A stretch of 64,000 nt of DNA from a candidate division FCPU426 bacterium (GCA_030637655.1 DAOWGI010000005.1:4766-68765), one strand, 5' to 3'; shown: positions 1-11,057, counted from the first letter of the stretch. The notes: generated by a model from the letters alone, not told the origin. Program-made: numbers and translations.

Positions 1-649
1 TCTCCAGGTCATTGGCTACGCTGTAGCTCACAGAACGGAGAATGTATTCCGCAAAAAATGAGACAAAAGGCATAAATTCATAACTGACACCAATACCGAG
101 GTTAACGCCAAAACCGGTAAAGTCCGCTTGGGCAATACGGCTGGTATAATCGTAATCCACTTTGCCGGTTAATTCGGTATCCGAGTAGAGTTCGCCTTTT
201 TCGATATTGAGTAGAGTATAGTTTAAACCGGCAATGAGATGCAACTCAGCCGGCATGATCGGGATGACCAGCTTGGCGTTTAAGTCTACAAAATGATAGG
301 TCATCAATCCTTCGGGTTCATTGAACAAGGAAGAAGTATCTTTGCTGTGGGCGAAAGTACAATATTGAATTTCAGCACCCCAATATCCCTGGATATAGTC
401 CATACGAGCAGCAAAGCCCATGGCCATATCCTCGGGTGTTGGCAGGTCAAGATACTGATAGCTGGAACTGTCAAAATCATAATGTTTTAAAATATTTTGT
501 CCGTTGAAATCTCCAGTGGCAACCGTGTTGTGAGCACCGCCGATTCCAATACGCAATCCGTCAGCAGCGATTGGAGCAGCCAGAGAAGTCATTAACAGAA
601 GCGCTCCTACAGCAGATCCAATACAACATTTTAATAATGGTGTTTTCAT
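1..649 (-). CDS. outer-membrane beta-barrel protein (porin-like), 3' end beyond window
   Basis: ATG at 649..647 with signal peptide (MKTPLLKCCIGSAVGALLLMTSLAAP); alternating hydrophobic beta-strand pattern; frame stays open to the window edge. Confidence 0.45.
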   Translation of the reverse strand, partial: MKTPLLKCCIGSAVGALLLMTSLAAPIAADGLRIGIGGAHNTVATGDFNGQNILKHYDFDSSSYQYLDLPTPEDMAMGFAARMDYIQGYWGAEIQYCTFAHSKDTSSLFNEPEGLMTYHFVDLNAKLVIPIMPAELHLIAGLNYTLLNIEKGELYSDTELTGKVDYDYTSRIAQADFTGFGVNLGIGVSYEFMPFVSFFAEYILRSVSYSVANDLE

Positions 650-805
650 ATAATACCTTCCTTTCCTGAATAATAAGCTAAGACTATTTATGACGTAAAA
701 CGGAACTAAATTCAAGAGATTATTTCTAAAATTTAAACGTGACCCCTGAATAATATAGTTATATACTGTATGCCTTAACTCAATATCTTTTGAAATGAGA
801 GGGAA

Positions 806-1714
806 ATGAATAAAACTAAATTTGTATTTATCTGTTTGACACTTATCTTTATGGCTAAAACCGGTCTGGCAGAACCCCTGACTATGACAATCACTTTGAC
901 CAGTACACAAACCTTAACCATGACTTCTACAACTACCATAACACCGACTTTTACGGTTACTGAAACATACACCTCGACCCCGACTTACACAGTGACTCCA
1001 ACTCATTCTCCGACGAGAACTAATACACCAACATATACCATAACACCAACCATCACGCCAACCTGGTCAATCACACCGACCTATACAGACACACCCACAG
1101 TGACTCCTACAGATTCGCCGACTTTGACAGGCACGCCTACATTTACTCCCACGCATACTCCGACTACTACTGCTACCCCAACCGCAACCGAGACGAAAAC
1201 TTATACAATTACCCCTACTGCGACTATAACCTCGACATTAACGATCTCTGTGACTTCGACTCTTTCCGCGACGAATACGGTTAGCCCGACAATTACTCCA
1301 ACTGCCACCGTGACCCCCACCTCCACGATTACTCCGACAATTTCTGCAACATCGACTGTCACCAATACCAGCACAGTCACTTCTTCGTCTACGATCACTT
1401 CGACCCACACACATACTTTAACACCATACACAGGGGTTGGATCGGATGTTATTACGTATCCTTCGCCGGCTGCGGGAGGCGATATCTGGTTCTATTACAG
1501 GGCAGAACAAGGATCCAGGATGCGTATTCAAATCTATAATATTGTTGGAGAAAAGCTGGATTTTGTTGAAAAATACCATCATATCTCCGGCTATCATCGC
1601 ATTCACTGGGATATACGTAATGCGGCACCTGGCATTTATATTTATCGAAGTAAACGAATAGCTGCGGATGGCAGAAATACATTTAAATTTAATAAATTGG
1701 TTATTGTGAAATGA
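806..1714 (+). CDS. secreted Thr/Pro-rich repeat (mucin-like) protein with type-A T9SS C-terminal sorting domain
   Basis: N-terminal signal peptide; about 200 aa of TxTPTxT low-complexity repeats; C-terminal ~85 aa ([10 protein letters not shown]...IYNIVGEKL...GIYIYRSK...KLVIVK) matches Por_Secre_tail architecture. Confidence 0.6.
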   Translation: MNKTKFVFICLTLIFMAKTGLAEPLTMTITLTSTQTLTMTSTTTITPTFTVTETYTSTPTYTVTPTHSPTRTNTPTYTITPTITPTWSITPTYTDTPTVTPTDSPTLTGTPTFTPTHTPTTTATPTATETKTYTITPTATITSTLTISVTSTLSATNTVSPTITPTATVTPTSTITPTISATSTVTNTSTVTSSSTITSTHTHTLTPYTGVGSDVITYPSPAAGGDIWFYYRAEQGSRMRIQIYNIVGEKLDFVEKYHHISGYHRIHWDIRNAAPGIYIYRSKRIAADGRNTFKFNKLVIVK

Positions 1715-1788
1715 CACTAATCCTGAATGACAATTCATTGTCTGGGTGGACGATTGTTGTATTTTTGACGCCACGTGGGAATAACCGG

Positions 1789-2568
1789 TTAAATTCTTTG
1801 CAGTAACCAGATTGCGCCCTGGGTTTCGTTTTCAATGACTTGGCATTCATCCAATTGGTGTTGCACGTACTGGGAGAATAGTTTTGTTTTGTCAGGGAAG
1901 CGTTTTATCAACTCGGCTGCCCGTTTTTGGATGACTTTATTATTCTGATGGTTGTAAGCAATTATCTCATTTTTAGGTACAAGCAATTCTTGGATCAACT
2001 GATCACCATGCGAGAGCAATTGCCGCCTGGCTTCTTCGCGCGTTGCCACGTATTCATAGCCGGGGAATTCCAAAGGTTTTTCGGCCGAGGAGAAACCGTC
2101 ATCGATCAGAATGTATCCGCCCGGATGAACGGTCTGCCGCAATTGTCCGATACACGATTCTAAATTCCCAAGTGCCGCACCCACAGCTGCGTAAATAACG
2201 ATATCATAGTTGCGAACGCTTGGGAGAATCGTTCGTATATCCGCCAAGGCAAATTTGCAGAGTTTGTTGACCCCGTATTCTTCGGCTTTTTGCTTGGCTT
2301 CCTCCAGAAAGGGTTGAAAGTGATCATAGGCGTCGATGTACAGACCAAACTTTTGTGCCAGTGTTATGGACACAGCGCCTTTTCCACACCCCACATCCAG
2401 AACACGCGATTCATCAGCAGGCAACCGCAAGGGCAGCAGCATATCGAAAATATGGTTGGGCGAACTGCCCAAAATCCAAATGTCGGCTAATAGTTCAGGT
2501 AAAAAAGGCAGCAATTCGACCGAAATATCAAGTGACTCTGCAATTTTTTGTTCATTTGGAAACGTCAT
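1789..2568 (-). CDS. class I SAM-dependent methyltransferase
   Basis: Motif I VLDVGCGKGAVS and downstream acidic motif; 259 aa. Confidence 0.7.
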   Translation of the reverse strand: MTFPNEQKIAESLDISVELLPFLPELLADIWILGSSPNHIFDMLLPLRLPADESRVLDVGCGKGAVSITLAQKFGLYIDAYDHFQPFLEEAKQKAEEYGVNKLCKFALADIRTILPSVRNYDIVIYAAVGAALGNLESCIGQLRQTVHPGGYILIDDGFSSAEKPLEFPGYEYVATREEARRQLLSHGDQLIQELLVPKNEIIAYNHQNNKVIQKRAAELIKRFPDKTKLFSQYVQHQLDECQVIENETQGAIWLLQRI

Positions 2569-2872
2569 TTGTTTTCCTCCTCAGATAGACCTCTACCTAT
2601 GTTATAGGAACGTCACTTATGGTTTAGTCTTAATATTGAAAACAGGGAAAATACTTTTTTGTCCTTTTTTTTCGAAGGTTCTTTAGTAGTATAAATGTGA
2701 ATTTGGAGTGACCCAGGAGAGGCGTATGAATAAATACCTAACGCTATGAATCAGAAAAAATAAGTGTGCCTAGTGCCACCTTGGATTTTCAAAAGTTGTG
2801 CCTGGACATTTAGGAATTCGATTGGAAATGCCGATACTGAATAAATAAAAATACTATCAAGGAAGAGGTGCT

Positions 2873-3316
2873 ATGGGCGCTGAAGACTATACCAGCGATG
2901 TAATTGTAGAAAAAAGAAAATTTCCGCGCAAACCTCTAAATCTGATTGTTCATTTTCACGTAATCTCTTCTAAACCGGGCGAGGAAATGCACGAATCCAC
3001 TGAGAATATAAGTGCCTGCGGGTTGGCCTTTCGTTGCGGGCAAAAGCTGGAAAAGGGACAAAAGATAATGATCACGCTCTATCTTCCACCGAAGGAGAAA
3101 CGCAATGATGATAAAAAAAATTTGGTGTGTCAGGAGGAAGAATGCGCGGAAGTTAAAATTTTTGCACACGTGATCTGGAATATGCCCATGGTTGGAGGCC
3201 GGTTTATTCATGGGGTTGAATTTATATCGGTTGATTTGAAAGACAAAAAATTAATTGATGAATTTCTATACGATTATAGTATGAATCTTCCTAATATTAC
3301 GCAGGCTGACCAATAA
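2873..3316 (+). CDS. PilZ-domain protein (putative c-di-GMP receptor)
   Basis: RKFPRKPLNL ... ENISACGLAF fits RxxxR...DxSxGG PilZ signature; RBS AAGGAAGAGG upstream. Confidence 0.6.
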   Translation: MGAEDYTSDVIVEKRKFPRKPLNLIVHFHVISSKPGEEMHESTENISACGLAFRCGQKLEKGQKIMITLYLPPKEKRNDDKKNLVCQEEECAEVKIFAHVIWNMPMVGGRFIHGVEFISVDLKDKKLIDEFLYDYSMNLPNITQADQ

Positions 3317-3419
3317 ATCCTATTCAAAAAAAACGCCTGGTTTGAATACTCCGGATGGATAATTTTAATTAAATCCAGTATAATGCCTGGTAATTATATA
3401 AATAAAGGACACGCTAAGC

Positions 3420-4040
3420 ATGTCACAATGTGAGGAACAGATTCCCCCGTATAGCCATTTAGGGTATTATTCACCCCAACGCATGGCCCAGTATTATTAT
3501 CAAATCAAAGCCATACGTGAATCCGGCGCGAAAAAAGTGTTGGAAATTGGTCCGGGGCCGGGTGCGGTAACGCATATTTTACGAAAAGCGGGGCTAAAAG
3601 TATTGACCTGTGACTGCGAGCAGCGCTTGGAACCGGATCTGTGCGGTGATATACGAGAATTACCTTTGCCAAATGATGCAGTTGATTTTTCTCTCTGCTG
3701 TCAGGTATTGGAACATCTGCCGTTTGAAGATTTTACGCGTGCTTTAAAGGAATTGAAAAGGGTGACGCGCGATCAAATATTTATTTCAATTCCCTATGTC
3801 TCCCGGGTTATTTATTCGTTGCATAAATATCCGGGAGGCCGAAGAAATTCCTGGGTATTTCATATTCCGTGGTTGCCCAGCAGAGGAAAACCGGCACCCG
3901 GTCATTTGTGGGAGATGGGCAGAAAAGGATATTCCAAATCAAGAATCGTGAAAGCAATACGTGACGTCGGATTACGACTTATGGCTGATTTTACACCGGT
4001 GGATTCACCGCAAAATCAATATTTTCTGTTGGAAAAATAA
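3420..4040 (+). CDS. SAM-dependent methyltransferase (Methyltransf_11-like)
   Basis: VLEIGPGPGAVT glycine-rich SAM motif; CCQVLEHLP motif. Confidence 0.65.
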   Translation: MSQCEEQIPPYSHLGYYSPQRMAQYYYQIKAIRESGAKKVLEIGPGPGAVTHILRKAGLKVLTCDCEQRLEPDLCGDIRELPLPNDAVDFSLCCQVLEHLPFEDFTRALKELKRVTRDQIFISIPYVSRVIYSLHKYPGGRRNSWVFHIPWLPSRGKPAPGHLWEMGRKGYSKSRIVKAIRDVGLRLMADFTPVDSPQNQYFLLEK

Positions 4041-4078
4041 GAACATCCCTGTGATGTATTGATTTATGAGGAGTTAGC

Positions 4079-4912
4079 GTGATTACTGTATTGACCATTG
4101 CTTACAATCAACGCTTGTATACAGAAATGCTGCTCAACAGTCTATCCCGTCCAGAATGCGCAAATGTACCATTTGAACTGGTATGTATAGATAATGGATC
4201 CACTGATAAAACCGAACAACTGGTCGTAACCTATCCACTGACCAAGAATCCGAATTTCAAAAATCTTACGTACTTTGCGTTTTCGGAAAACCTGGGTGTG
4301 GCTGCGGCAATTAATAAAGGATTTCAACTGGCCCAAACGGATTATATTGTACAAGCGGATAATGATGTTGTATTTGGTCCGCAGAGCCTGAGTATTATGC
4401 GAGCCTGGATGGAGCGGTATCCCCTGGGTATGATTTCACCGAATTGGCCTTGGATTCAGAAAAAGCTCGGGATTCGTTATTTTGAGAATCCAGGGGATAT
4501 TACCCCTCCTAAACTAAAAAAACTCAAAAAAACAGGCTTGAAAGCCAAATTAGAGCCATTTCGGGCAACTGGTTCATGCTGGATGTGTTCACAGGAGCTT
4601 TTTGCTAAAATTGGGGGTTGGGATACGGAGTATAAAAACATTTGTGCTTCTGACGACTTTTTATGGAAAGTCTCACTTTCAGGAGCCAAACGGTTTATTG
4701 TTCCATGTCCGGTATATCATCCTGGTAAAATCACACGCGGTAAAATTCCGGAAAATTCTGAACAGCAGGAAAAGGATCTGCGTCGCTTTGCGGAAAAGTG
4801 GGGCGGACATCCGGAGGATAAAAGCCGCTTGCGTGAGCTGCAACGCAAAGCCGGAGTTGCTCCGGATCCGGAGCTGCCGAAAACCATATGGCAGCGTTTA
4901 TTTCACTGGTAG
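4079..4912 (+). CDS. family 2 glycosyltransferase
   Basis: ITVLTIAYNQ...ELVCIDNGSTDKT and DxD region typical of GT2. Confidence 0.7.
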   Translation: MITVLTIAYNQRLYTEMLLNSLSRPECANVPFELVCIDNGSTDKTEQLVVTYPLTKNPNFKNLTYFAFSENLGVAAAINKGFQLAQTDYIVQADNDVVFGPQSLSIMRAWMERYPLGMISPNWPWIQKKLGIRYFENPGDITPPKLKKLKKTGLKAKLEPFRATGSCWMCSQELFAKIGGWDTEYKNICASDDFLWKVSLSGAKRFIVPCPVYHPGKITRGKIPENSEQQEKDLRRFAEKWGGHPEDKSRLRELQRKAGVAPDPELPKTIWQRLFHW

Positions 4913-5016
4913 TAAGGGTATGGTTAATGTAAGGGCGAATTTTGTATTCGCCCGAAAATACGCCGGATAGAGGGCTAATGTCGGGTCGCCCAAAATTGGA
5001 GTTTGGAAAGGGAAGT

Positions 5017-5847
5017 ATGAAGCTGCTGATCGCTGTTGTTCTTATCCTGGTACTTGGGAAAATATTCATTGCCCATATGGTGCAAAAAAGTCTGTATTAT
5101 CCCAGCCGGACTATGGCTGAAACACCTGACGCACTGCATATCGACTATGAAAATATCGAAATCACAACCCCGGATGGGACCAAACTGCATGCCTGGTTTG
5201 TCAGGCATCCCCAAGCCAAAACAACGGTTCTTTTTTGTCATGGTAATGCCGGAAATATATCGCACCGCCTATTTCGAATAAAATTTTTTCATAACCTCCA
5301 AGCCAACGTGCTGCTTTGGGATTATCGTGGATATGGAAAAAGTACAGGACGGCCTTCGGAAAAAGGTCTGTATCAGGATGTCCTGGCAGTCTGCGATTAT
5401 CTGATCACTGCCAAAAATATTCCAGTTGAGAGTATTATTGCATATGGCAAATCACTGGGCTGTGCCGTAGTGACGGAATTAAGCCGACACCGGGAAATTG
5501 GATACTTAGTTTTGGAAAGCCCGTTTATCTCAGTCACTCAAATCGCCCAAGAAATGATTCCCTGGCTGCCAATGAAATATATTATTCGGCAAAAATATGA
5601 TAATGTTGGTAAATTAGCAGTCAGTGCGGTGCCGAAATTAATTTTGCATGGACGCTATGATGAGATTATTGATTATCACCATGCAGAAATGTTGCATCAA
5701 CAGGCTGCCGGCCCCAAAACATTTTTATCGTTTGACGGTGGACACAATGATATTATTTATGTAACGTCGCAGGAGTATAAGAAGGTATTTCAAAAAATCA
5801 TGAAAAACTGTCAAACGGCAGTGGCGAAAACTAAAAAAAAGAACTGA
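5017..5847 (+). CDS. alpha/beta-fold hydrolase
   Basis: GxSxG nucleophile elbow (GKSLGCAV), HGNAGN oxyanion region; start chosen at ATG 5017 (RBS AAAGGGAAG) rather than ORF-track 4942. Confidence 0.6.
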   Translation: MKLLIAVVLILVLGKIFIAHMVQKSLYYPSRTMAETPDALHIDYENIEITTPDGTKLHAWFVRHPQAKTTVLFCHGNAGNISHRLFRIKFFHNLQANVLLWDYRGYGKSTGRPSEKGLYQDVLAVCDYLITAKNIPVESIIAYGKSLGCAVVTELSRHREIGYLVLESPFISVTQIAQEMIPWLPMKYIIRQKYDNVGKLAVSAVPKLILHGRYDEIIDYHHAEMLHQQAAGPKTFLSFDGGHNDIIYVTSQEYKKVFQKIMKNCQTAVAKTKKKN

Positions 5848-5870
5848 ATACACTACACATAGGAGGAACC

Positions 5871-6242
5871 ATGGCCAGAGAAATCACAGATGCGCAAAAT
5901 TATCAGGATCGTTTGTTGAAATTAATTCCCAGTGAGATTATTGGCGCCTATTTGTTCTTGCAGGGAGTTATACCGAAAGAACACGGCAAATGGGGAACTT
6001 CAATAGTGGTTTTCATTCTATGCATTATGACTCCCCTTTATTTAAAGCGGATCCAAAACGTGAATAAGAAAAACCAATTGGTGGTAACGACCATATCGTT
6101 TTTAGTTTGGGTGTATTCATTTGGGGGGCCGTTTACCTTTTGGGGTATCTATCAACCCTGGTTGGGATCCATTATTCTGGTTTTATGGACCATGACAGTT
6201 CCCTTGGTGTTTGCACCGACTCTCAAAGCCAGGCCGGCGTAA
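5871..6242 (+). CDS. small integral membrane protein, unknown function
   Basis: 123 aa; 3-4 predicted TM helices; strong RBS GGAGGAAC. Confidence 0.35.
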   Translation: MAREITDAQNYQDRLLKLIPSEIIGAYLFLQGVIPKEHGKWGTSIVVFILCIMTPLYLKRIQNVNKKNQLVVTTISFLVWVYSFGGPFTFWGIYQPWLGSIILVLWTMTVPLVFAPTLKARPA

Positions 6243-6328
6243 AGCGCGGAATAGTATGCTGTATCTATTACTGGACCATAAGGCCTCGATGTGGTACACT
6301 TTATGTGGTTAAAAAACAAGAGCAGGTG

Positions 6329-6739
6329 ATGCTGATGACTGCGAAATCCTTTGCTGAAAATCGCTGCTACCCACGACTTCTTATCAATTTGACCCTCAAC
6401 TACAAATATCTTGAATATGGCAATCTTTATCATGCTTTAGAAAGCAGGACGCTGAATTTAAGTGCCTGTGGATTGGCCATGTACACGGATCGAATACTAC
6501 CTAAAGATCAGCACATTTTAATGACCTTGTTTTTACCTCGCGAAAATGTGGTTGCCAATCCGGGTGAAAAAACCAAAAAAACAGATGACAACTATCTTTC
6601 AGTTATGTTGCTTTCGAGCGTTGTTTGGTGCCATCAAGACGAAAACGATGAATGTCATGTCGGCTTGAAGATTATGCAAGTGGAACCGGAACACAAAAAG
6701 CGTTTGCAACTTTTTTTGGCTTCACATAAATTGGATTAG
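6329..6739 (+). CDS. PilZ-domain protein (paralog)
   Basis: ENRCYPRLL...NLSACGLAMY PilZ signature; C-terminal VVWCHQDE module shared with the 10423 paralog; start moved to in-frame ATG 6329 because upstream ORF-track extension overlaps 5871..6242. Confidence 0.5.
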   Translation: MLMTAKSFAENRCYPRLLINLTLNYKYLEYGNLYHALESRTLNLSACGLAMYTDRILPKDQHILMTLFLPRENVVANPGEKTKKTDDNYLSVMLLSSVVWCHQDENDECHVGLKIMQVEPEHKKRLQLFLASHKLD

Positions 6740-6860
6740 TTTCATAACACGCGTTACCAATAGTGAAAAAAATCCGGCACTGTTCTGAGGGTGATTTTTG
6801 TCCAGTTCGGAGGAACTGGTTTGGAAATCAGAGTGTGGGAGGGCAGCAGAAAGAATAAAA

Positions 6861-8594
6861 TCACTTCTGTTTTTTTTGGATTTTGGCCCAAGTGTCCCGC
6901 AACGTGGTCGTGCGATTAAAGACCGGATAATCAGGGGTTGAATCCGGATCCACGCAAAAATAACCATGCCGCATAAACTGGAAGCGCGCGCCGGATTCGA
7001 GATTTTTTAAACTTGGTTCTAATTTACAATTGGTTAAAGTAACCAGTGAATCCGGATTTAAATTGGTTTTGAAATCCTTGCCTTCCGGCACAGCGTTGGG
7101 ATCTGCTGTGGCAAATAAATGATCATATAAACGTACTTCCGCAGTCACGGCGTGCGCTATAGATACCCACTGTAAGGTCCCTTTAACCCGGCGCTTATCC
7201 GGCGTGCCGCCGCCCCGTGATTCCGGATCATAGCTGCAATGCAATTCGATTACTTCGCCGGTGGTTTTATCTTTGATTACTTGCCGGCAGGTAATGTAAT
7301 AGGCGTGTTTGAGCCGGACTTCACGTCCGGGTGCCAAACGGAAATAACCTGTGGGCGGGTCTTCCTGAAAGTCGGTTTGCTCTATATACACAGTGCGTGT
7401 AAAGGGGATTTTGCGCGTGCCGGCTGAAGTGTCTTCGGGATTGTTTTCAGCATCAAATTCTTCCACTTGTTCTTCGGGATAATTCTCGATAACCACTTTG
7501 AGCGGATGCAAAACCGCCATGACCCGCTGGGCGCGCAAATTTAAATCTTCGCGCAAATAAAATTCCAAGGTGCCTATCTCAATAACGCTATTGGTTTTAT
7601 TCACGCCAATGTGGTTGCAAAAATTTCGGATGGCTTCCGGAGTATAACCGCGTCTGCGCAATCCGGAAATAGTAGGCATCCGGGGATCGTCCCACCCATT
7701 GATAATATTTTCATTGACCAGTTGGAGTAATTTGCGTTTGCTCAAAACGGTATAGCTGAGTTCCAGGCGGGCGAACTCAATTTGCCGCGGCCGGCAAGCA
7801 ATAGTAATGTTATCCAAGACCCAAACATATAGCGGACGATGATCCTCAAATTCCAAGGTGCATAATGAATGTGTGATATTTTCAATGGCATCAGAAATAC
7901 AATGCGCGAAATCATACAGTGGATAGATGCACCATTTGTCGCCGGTTCGCGGATGAACGGCGTGCTTGATACGATAAAGAGCAGGATCCCGCATATTGAT
8001 GTTGGGATGGGACATATCAATTTTGGCGCGTAATACGCACTCGCCTTCTTTTACCTCACCACAACGCATTTTTTCAAACCAGGCCAAATTTTCTTCCGGG
8101 CTGCGGTCGCGGTACGGGCTGTTTTGGCCGGGTTTCGTGAGGGTGCCCCGGTAGCCCCGGGTGTCTTCAGGGGAAAGGTGACAGACATACGCCAATCCTT
8201 TATTAATGAGCTCGATCGCGTACTGATGGAATTGATCGTAATAATCCGAGGCATGATACAGGTGTTGTCCCCAATCAAAACCCAACCACCGCACATCTTT
8301 TTCGATGGCATCAATGTATTCCTGCTCCTCTTTCTCCGGATTGGTATCATCAAAACGCAAATGACAGACTCCTTGATATTCTTGAGCAACACCAAAGTTG
8401 AGATTGATGGATTTAGCATGTCCGATATGCAGGTATCCATTGGGTTCCGGCGGGAAACGGGTTTCCACCCGTCCGGCATGTTTATTGGAAGCGATATCCT
8501 GCGTGATTATTTTCCGGATAAAATCCAGTGATTGGCTCGGTGTTTCCGAAGTTACTTGCGTAGGTTCCGTCATTTTGAAAAACTCCTTAAGCAT
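6861..8594 (-). CDS. glnS: glutaminyl-tRNA synthetase
   Basis: [17 protein letters not shown] (HIGH), VLSKR (KMSKS variant); 577 aa with GlnRS-type C-terminal anticodon-binding region; close match to GlnRS N-terminal consensus. Confidence 0.9.
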   Translation of the reverse strand: MLKEFFKMTEPTQVTSETPSQSLDFIRKIITQDIASNKHAGRVETRFPPEPNGYLHIGHAKSINLNFGVAQEYQGVCHLRFDDTNPEKEEQEYIDAIEKDVRWLGFDWGQHLYHASDYYDQFHQYAIELINKGLAYVCHLSPEDTRGYRGTLTKPGQNSPYRDRSPEENLAWFEKMRCGEVKEGECVLRAKIDMSHPNINMRDPALYRIKHAVHPRTGDKWCIYPLYDFAHCISDAIENITHSLCTLEFEDHRPLYVWVLDNITIACRPRQIEFARLELSYTVLSKRKLLQLVNENIINGWDDPRMPTISGLRRRGYTPEAIRNFCNHIGVNKTNSVIEIGTLEFYLREDLNLRAQRVMAVLHPLKVVIENYPEEQVEEFDAENNPEDTSAGTRKIPFTRTVYIEQTDFQEDPPTGYFRLAPGREVRLKHAYYITCRQVIKDKTTGEVIELHCSYDPESRGGGTPDKRRVKGTLQWVSIAHAVTAEVRLYDHLFATADPNAVPEGKDFKTNLNPDSLVTLTNCKLEPSLKNLESGARFQFMRHGYFCVDPDSTPDYPVFNRTTTLRDTWAKIQKKQK

Positions 8595-8796
8595 GAATAT
8601 GGATGGATATTATAAGTATTTATATCCCAAATGTAAAGTGGTTGTGACTGAGGATTATTTACTATTTTTTACTTTGCCGAAACGGTTGATTAGTTTAGAA
8701 TATCATTTATATTAATTCTGCCCAAGGAGAAGTCCATGTCCAACCGTTTCCAATTTGTTTTCTCTGTATTGGAAAAGGATATGCGTGAAGCGGAGC

Positions 8797-9303
8797 ATGA
8801 CTATATTTGTTGAAGAAATTATTTTCCAACCGGAAATGCGATTGATAGGGAAGACGATTGAGGTGCAAGGCGAGCCGAAAGTGCGGGTTCAAACGGTGCG
8901 AGCACTTTGGGAAAGCTTTAATGTATCTGTGCATACAGTGACAAACCATATCCGAAAAGCAGCTTGGCAAAAATATGGAGTCTCCTTTAATCCGCAACCG
9001 GGCAACCACTTTTCCTATATGGCGGCAGTAGAAGTGTCTGAAGTGGATGACGTTCCGGAGGATATGACAGGGAAGATGCTACCGGCCCTGACTTATGCGC
9101 GCTTTTGTCATCACGGCGATTTTTGTAATCTGCCCACTACCATATATGAAATATATAACAAATGGCTCCCGGATTCCGAATATCATCTGGTTCCTGGATG
9201 GCAATGCGGTATAAGCCATTTTGAACGCTACGATCAGCGTTTTCAATGGTCCTCAGCAGAGTCGGAAATTGATATTTTTCTACCTATACGTACAAAAGCC
9301 TAG
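8797..9303 (+). CDS. GyrI-like / AraC-effector-binding-domain protein
   Basis: ~170 aa with duplicated beta-alpha-beta-beta halves typical of GyrI-like small-molecule binding domain; start at ATG 8797. Confidence 0.45.
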   Translation: MTIFVEEIIFQPEMRLIGKTIEVQGEPKVRVQTVRALWESFNVSVHTVTNHIRKAAWQKYGVSFNPQPGNHFSYMAAVEVSEVDDVPEDMTGKMLPALTYARFCHHGDFCNLPTTIYEIYNKWLPDSEYHLVPGWQCGISHFERYDQRFQWSSAESEIDIFLPIRTKA

Positions 9304-9500
9304 GCATGTTTAGTCAGAATTCAGGAGTCAAAATAAGAACGTCGGAACGAAATTTTCAAGATTTAATTGTGCGGCAAAAAGTTATCAGTTTATTTTAGGC
9401 GCAAAGACGCATAACATCAACAAAACGTAGAATCTTGTTCTGATTTTATTCTGAATTCTGGATTCTTACTACTGGATACCTGAGTAGTTACTAATAAACA
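9304..9500. repeat. ~190-bp repeat element (family C), inverted copy at 63880..64000
   Basis: 9355..9470 is reverse-complement match to 63890..64000; internal imperfect terminal inverted repeats (agtcagaattcag / ctgaattctga). Confidence 0.6.
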
Positions 9501-9550
9501 ATGTATTGCGCCGGTTGATAAATATGAATTAATGATTTCAAGGAGGAGTT

Positions 9551-10291
9551 ATGCGTACATCCAATCCAGCACTGAGTGAAAAAATTTTTACCCGAAGTGC
9601 CGGCCTGATAGCCGGTGACAATGTAATGACCATCCAGGGCACGGTCAATAAAGTCTTTCTGTTGATGGCTATGCTGCTGATCGCCGCTTTTTGGCCCTGG
9701 TCTATGTTTTTTAAAGGGCAAGTAGCAATGGTCATGCCCTTGCTGTGGATCGGCCTAATTGGTGGTTTGATTACCGCATTAGTGACCGTTTTTAAGAAAG
9801 AGTGGGCTGGGATTACAGCGCCTTTATATGCAGTTCTGGAAGGATTGTTGCTGGGAAGCCTATCTGCCTTTTTTGAAAAACAGTTTCCGGGGATTGTAAT
9901 TCAGGCGGTAGGACTTACTATGGCAACCTTGATTTCTTTGTTGATTCTGTACAAAACCGGAATTATTAAAGCTACGGAAAATTTCAAGCAGGGTGTGATA
10001 TCCGCTACTGGGGCCATCTGTTTGGTGTACATGGCCGGCTGGGTCATGGGCATGTTTGGGTTGAATATGCCTTTTATTCACGAAAACGGATGGTTGGGTA
10101 TTGGTTTCAGCTTATTTGTGGTGGTTATTGCGGCTTTGAATTTGGTCTTGGATTTTGATTTTATTGAGAAGGGGTCGGAAGTTGGCGCTCCGAAATTTAT
10201 GGAATGGTATGCTGCGTTTGGGCTGTTGGTGACCTTGGTCTGGTTGTACTTGGAAATGCTGCGTTTACTGGCCAAATTGCGCAGCCGGTAA
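9551..10291 (+). CDS. Bax inhibitor-1/YccA family membrane protein
   Basis: N-terminal MRTSNPAL...TIQGTVNKVFLLMAMLL and 7-TM topology typical of BI-1/YccA. Confidence 0.7.
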   Translation: MRTSNPALSEKIFTRSAGLIAGDNVMTIQGTVNKVFLLMAMLLIAAFWPWSMFFKGQVAMVMPLLWIGLIGGLITALVTVFKKEWAGITAPLYAVLEGLLLGSLSAFFEKQFPGIVIQAVGLTMATLISLLILYKTGIIKATENFKQGVISATGAICLVYMAGWVMGMFGLNMPFIHENGWLGIGFSLFVVVIAALNLVLDFDFIEKGSEVGAPKFMEWYAAFGLLVTLVWLYLEMLRLLAKLRSR

Positions 10292-10422
10292 AAGGCATTG
10301 ATCATTGAGACGCAGTAGGGGCGGGTCCTAGACCCGCCCACCAGATAAATTATTTATAACGATTGTTTTGGGAATTAAAATCAAGTATACTTATTAGCAT
10401 AACAAATCCACAAGGACAAACT

Positions 10423-10851
10423 ATGATTATATCCTATACCGGTAAGGTGAAGGTAGAAAACCGGCGCTTTCCGCGAGTGCGATTTAAACTGGGTATTCAT
10501 TATGCTGAGGTGCAAAAAGGCGAACTGCCCAAACCTCTTCAATCCCTGGCCGAAGATGTGGGTGTCGGTGGTATGGCGATGTATAGTAATAAAAAATTGA
10601 CTAAAGGACAGTTACTTACAGTTAATATTTATCTTCCGCCGGCTGAAAAATATATTAATACTTCCAAAATTCCCGTGTATCTGAAAGAAGAATGCGAACC
10701 GGTTACCTTATTCGCTCGCGTAGTCTGGTGCCACCAGGATAAAAAACACGGATTTCGCGCAGGAATTAAATTTTTCGATGTGGATAAAAAAAATGCAAAG
10801 CAGTTCAAACATTTTTTGGTTGAATACGAATTGGATGAGCCGATTTCGTAA
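10423..10851 (+). CDS. PilZ-domain protein (paralog)
   Basis: ENRRFPRVRF...DVGVGGMAMY PilZ signature; IYLPPAEK...VVWCHQD module shared with 2873 and 6329 paralogs; start at ATG 10423 with AAGGA RBS. Confidence 0.6.
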   Translation: MIISYTGKVKVENRRFPRVRFKLGIHYAEVQKGELPKPLQSLAEDVGVGGMAMYSNKKLTKGQLLTVNIYLPPAEKYINTSKIPVYLKEECEPVTLFARVVWCHQDKKHGFRAGIKFFDVDKKNAKQFKHFLVEYELDEPIS

Positions 10852-11057
10852 ACGATGACAGACATATGCTTTCGAGTCAGTTCCTATAACCGTAATAGTA
10901 TTTTTTGCACTGGTAGCTTGAGCATTTAGTCGCTTTTGTTAGTAGTAAGAGGGTATTTGGTGACTACGGTAGGGGCGTTTAATTAAACGCCCCCACAAGA
11001 TTCCCGATCAAGTATGGAGATGACCGGAATACTAAATTAATCAAGTTTAAGTAAGGA

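Noticed and set aside
6107-6328. N-terminal extension of the PilZ ORF (ORF-track start 6107)
   Set aside because: It overlaps the membrane-protein gene 5871..6242 in another frame. The PilZ domain begins after the in-frame ATG at 6329.
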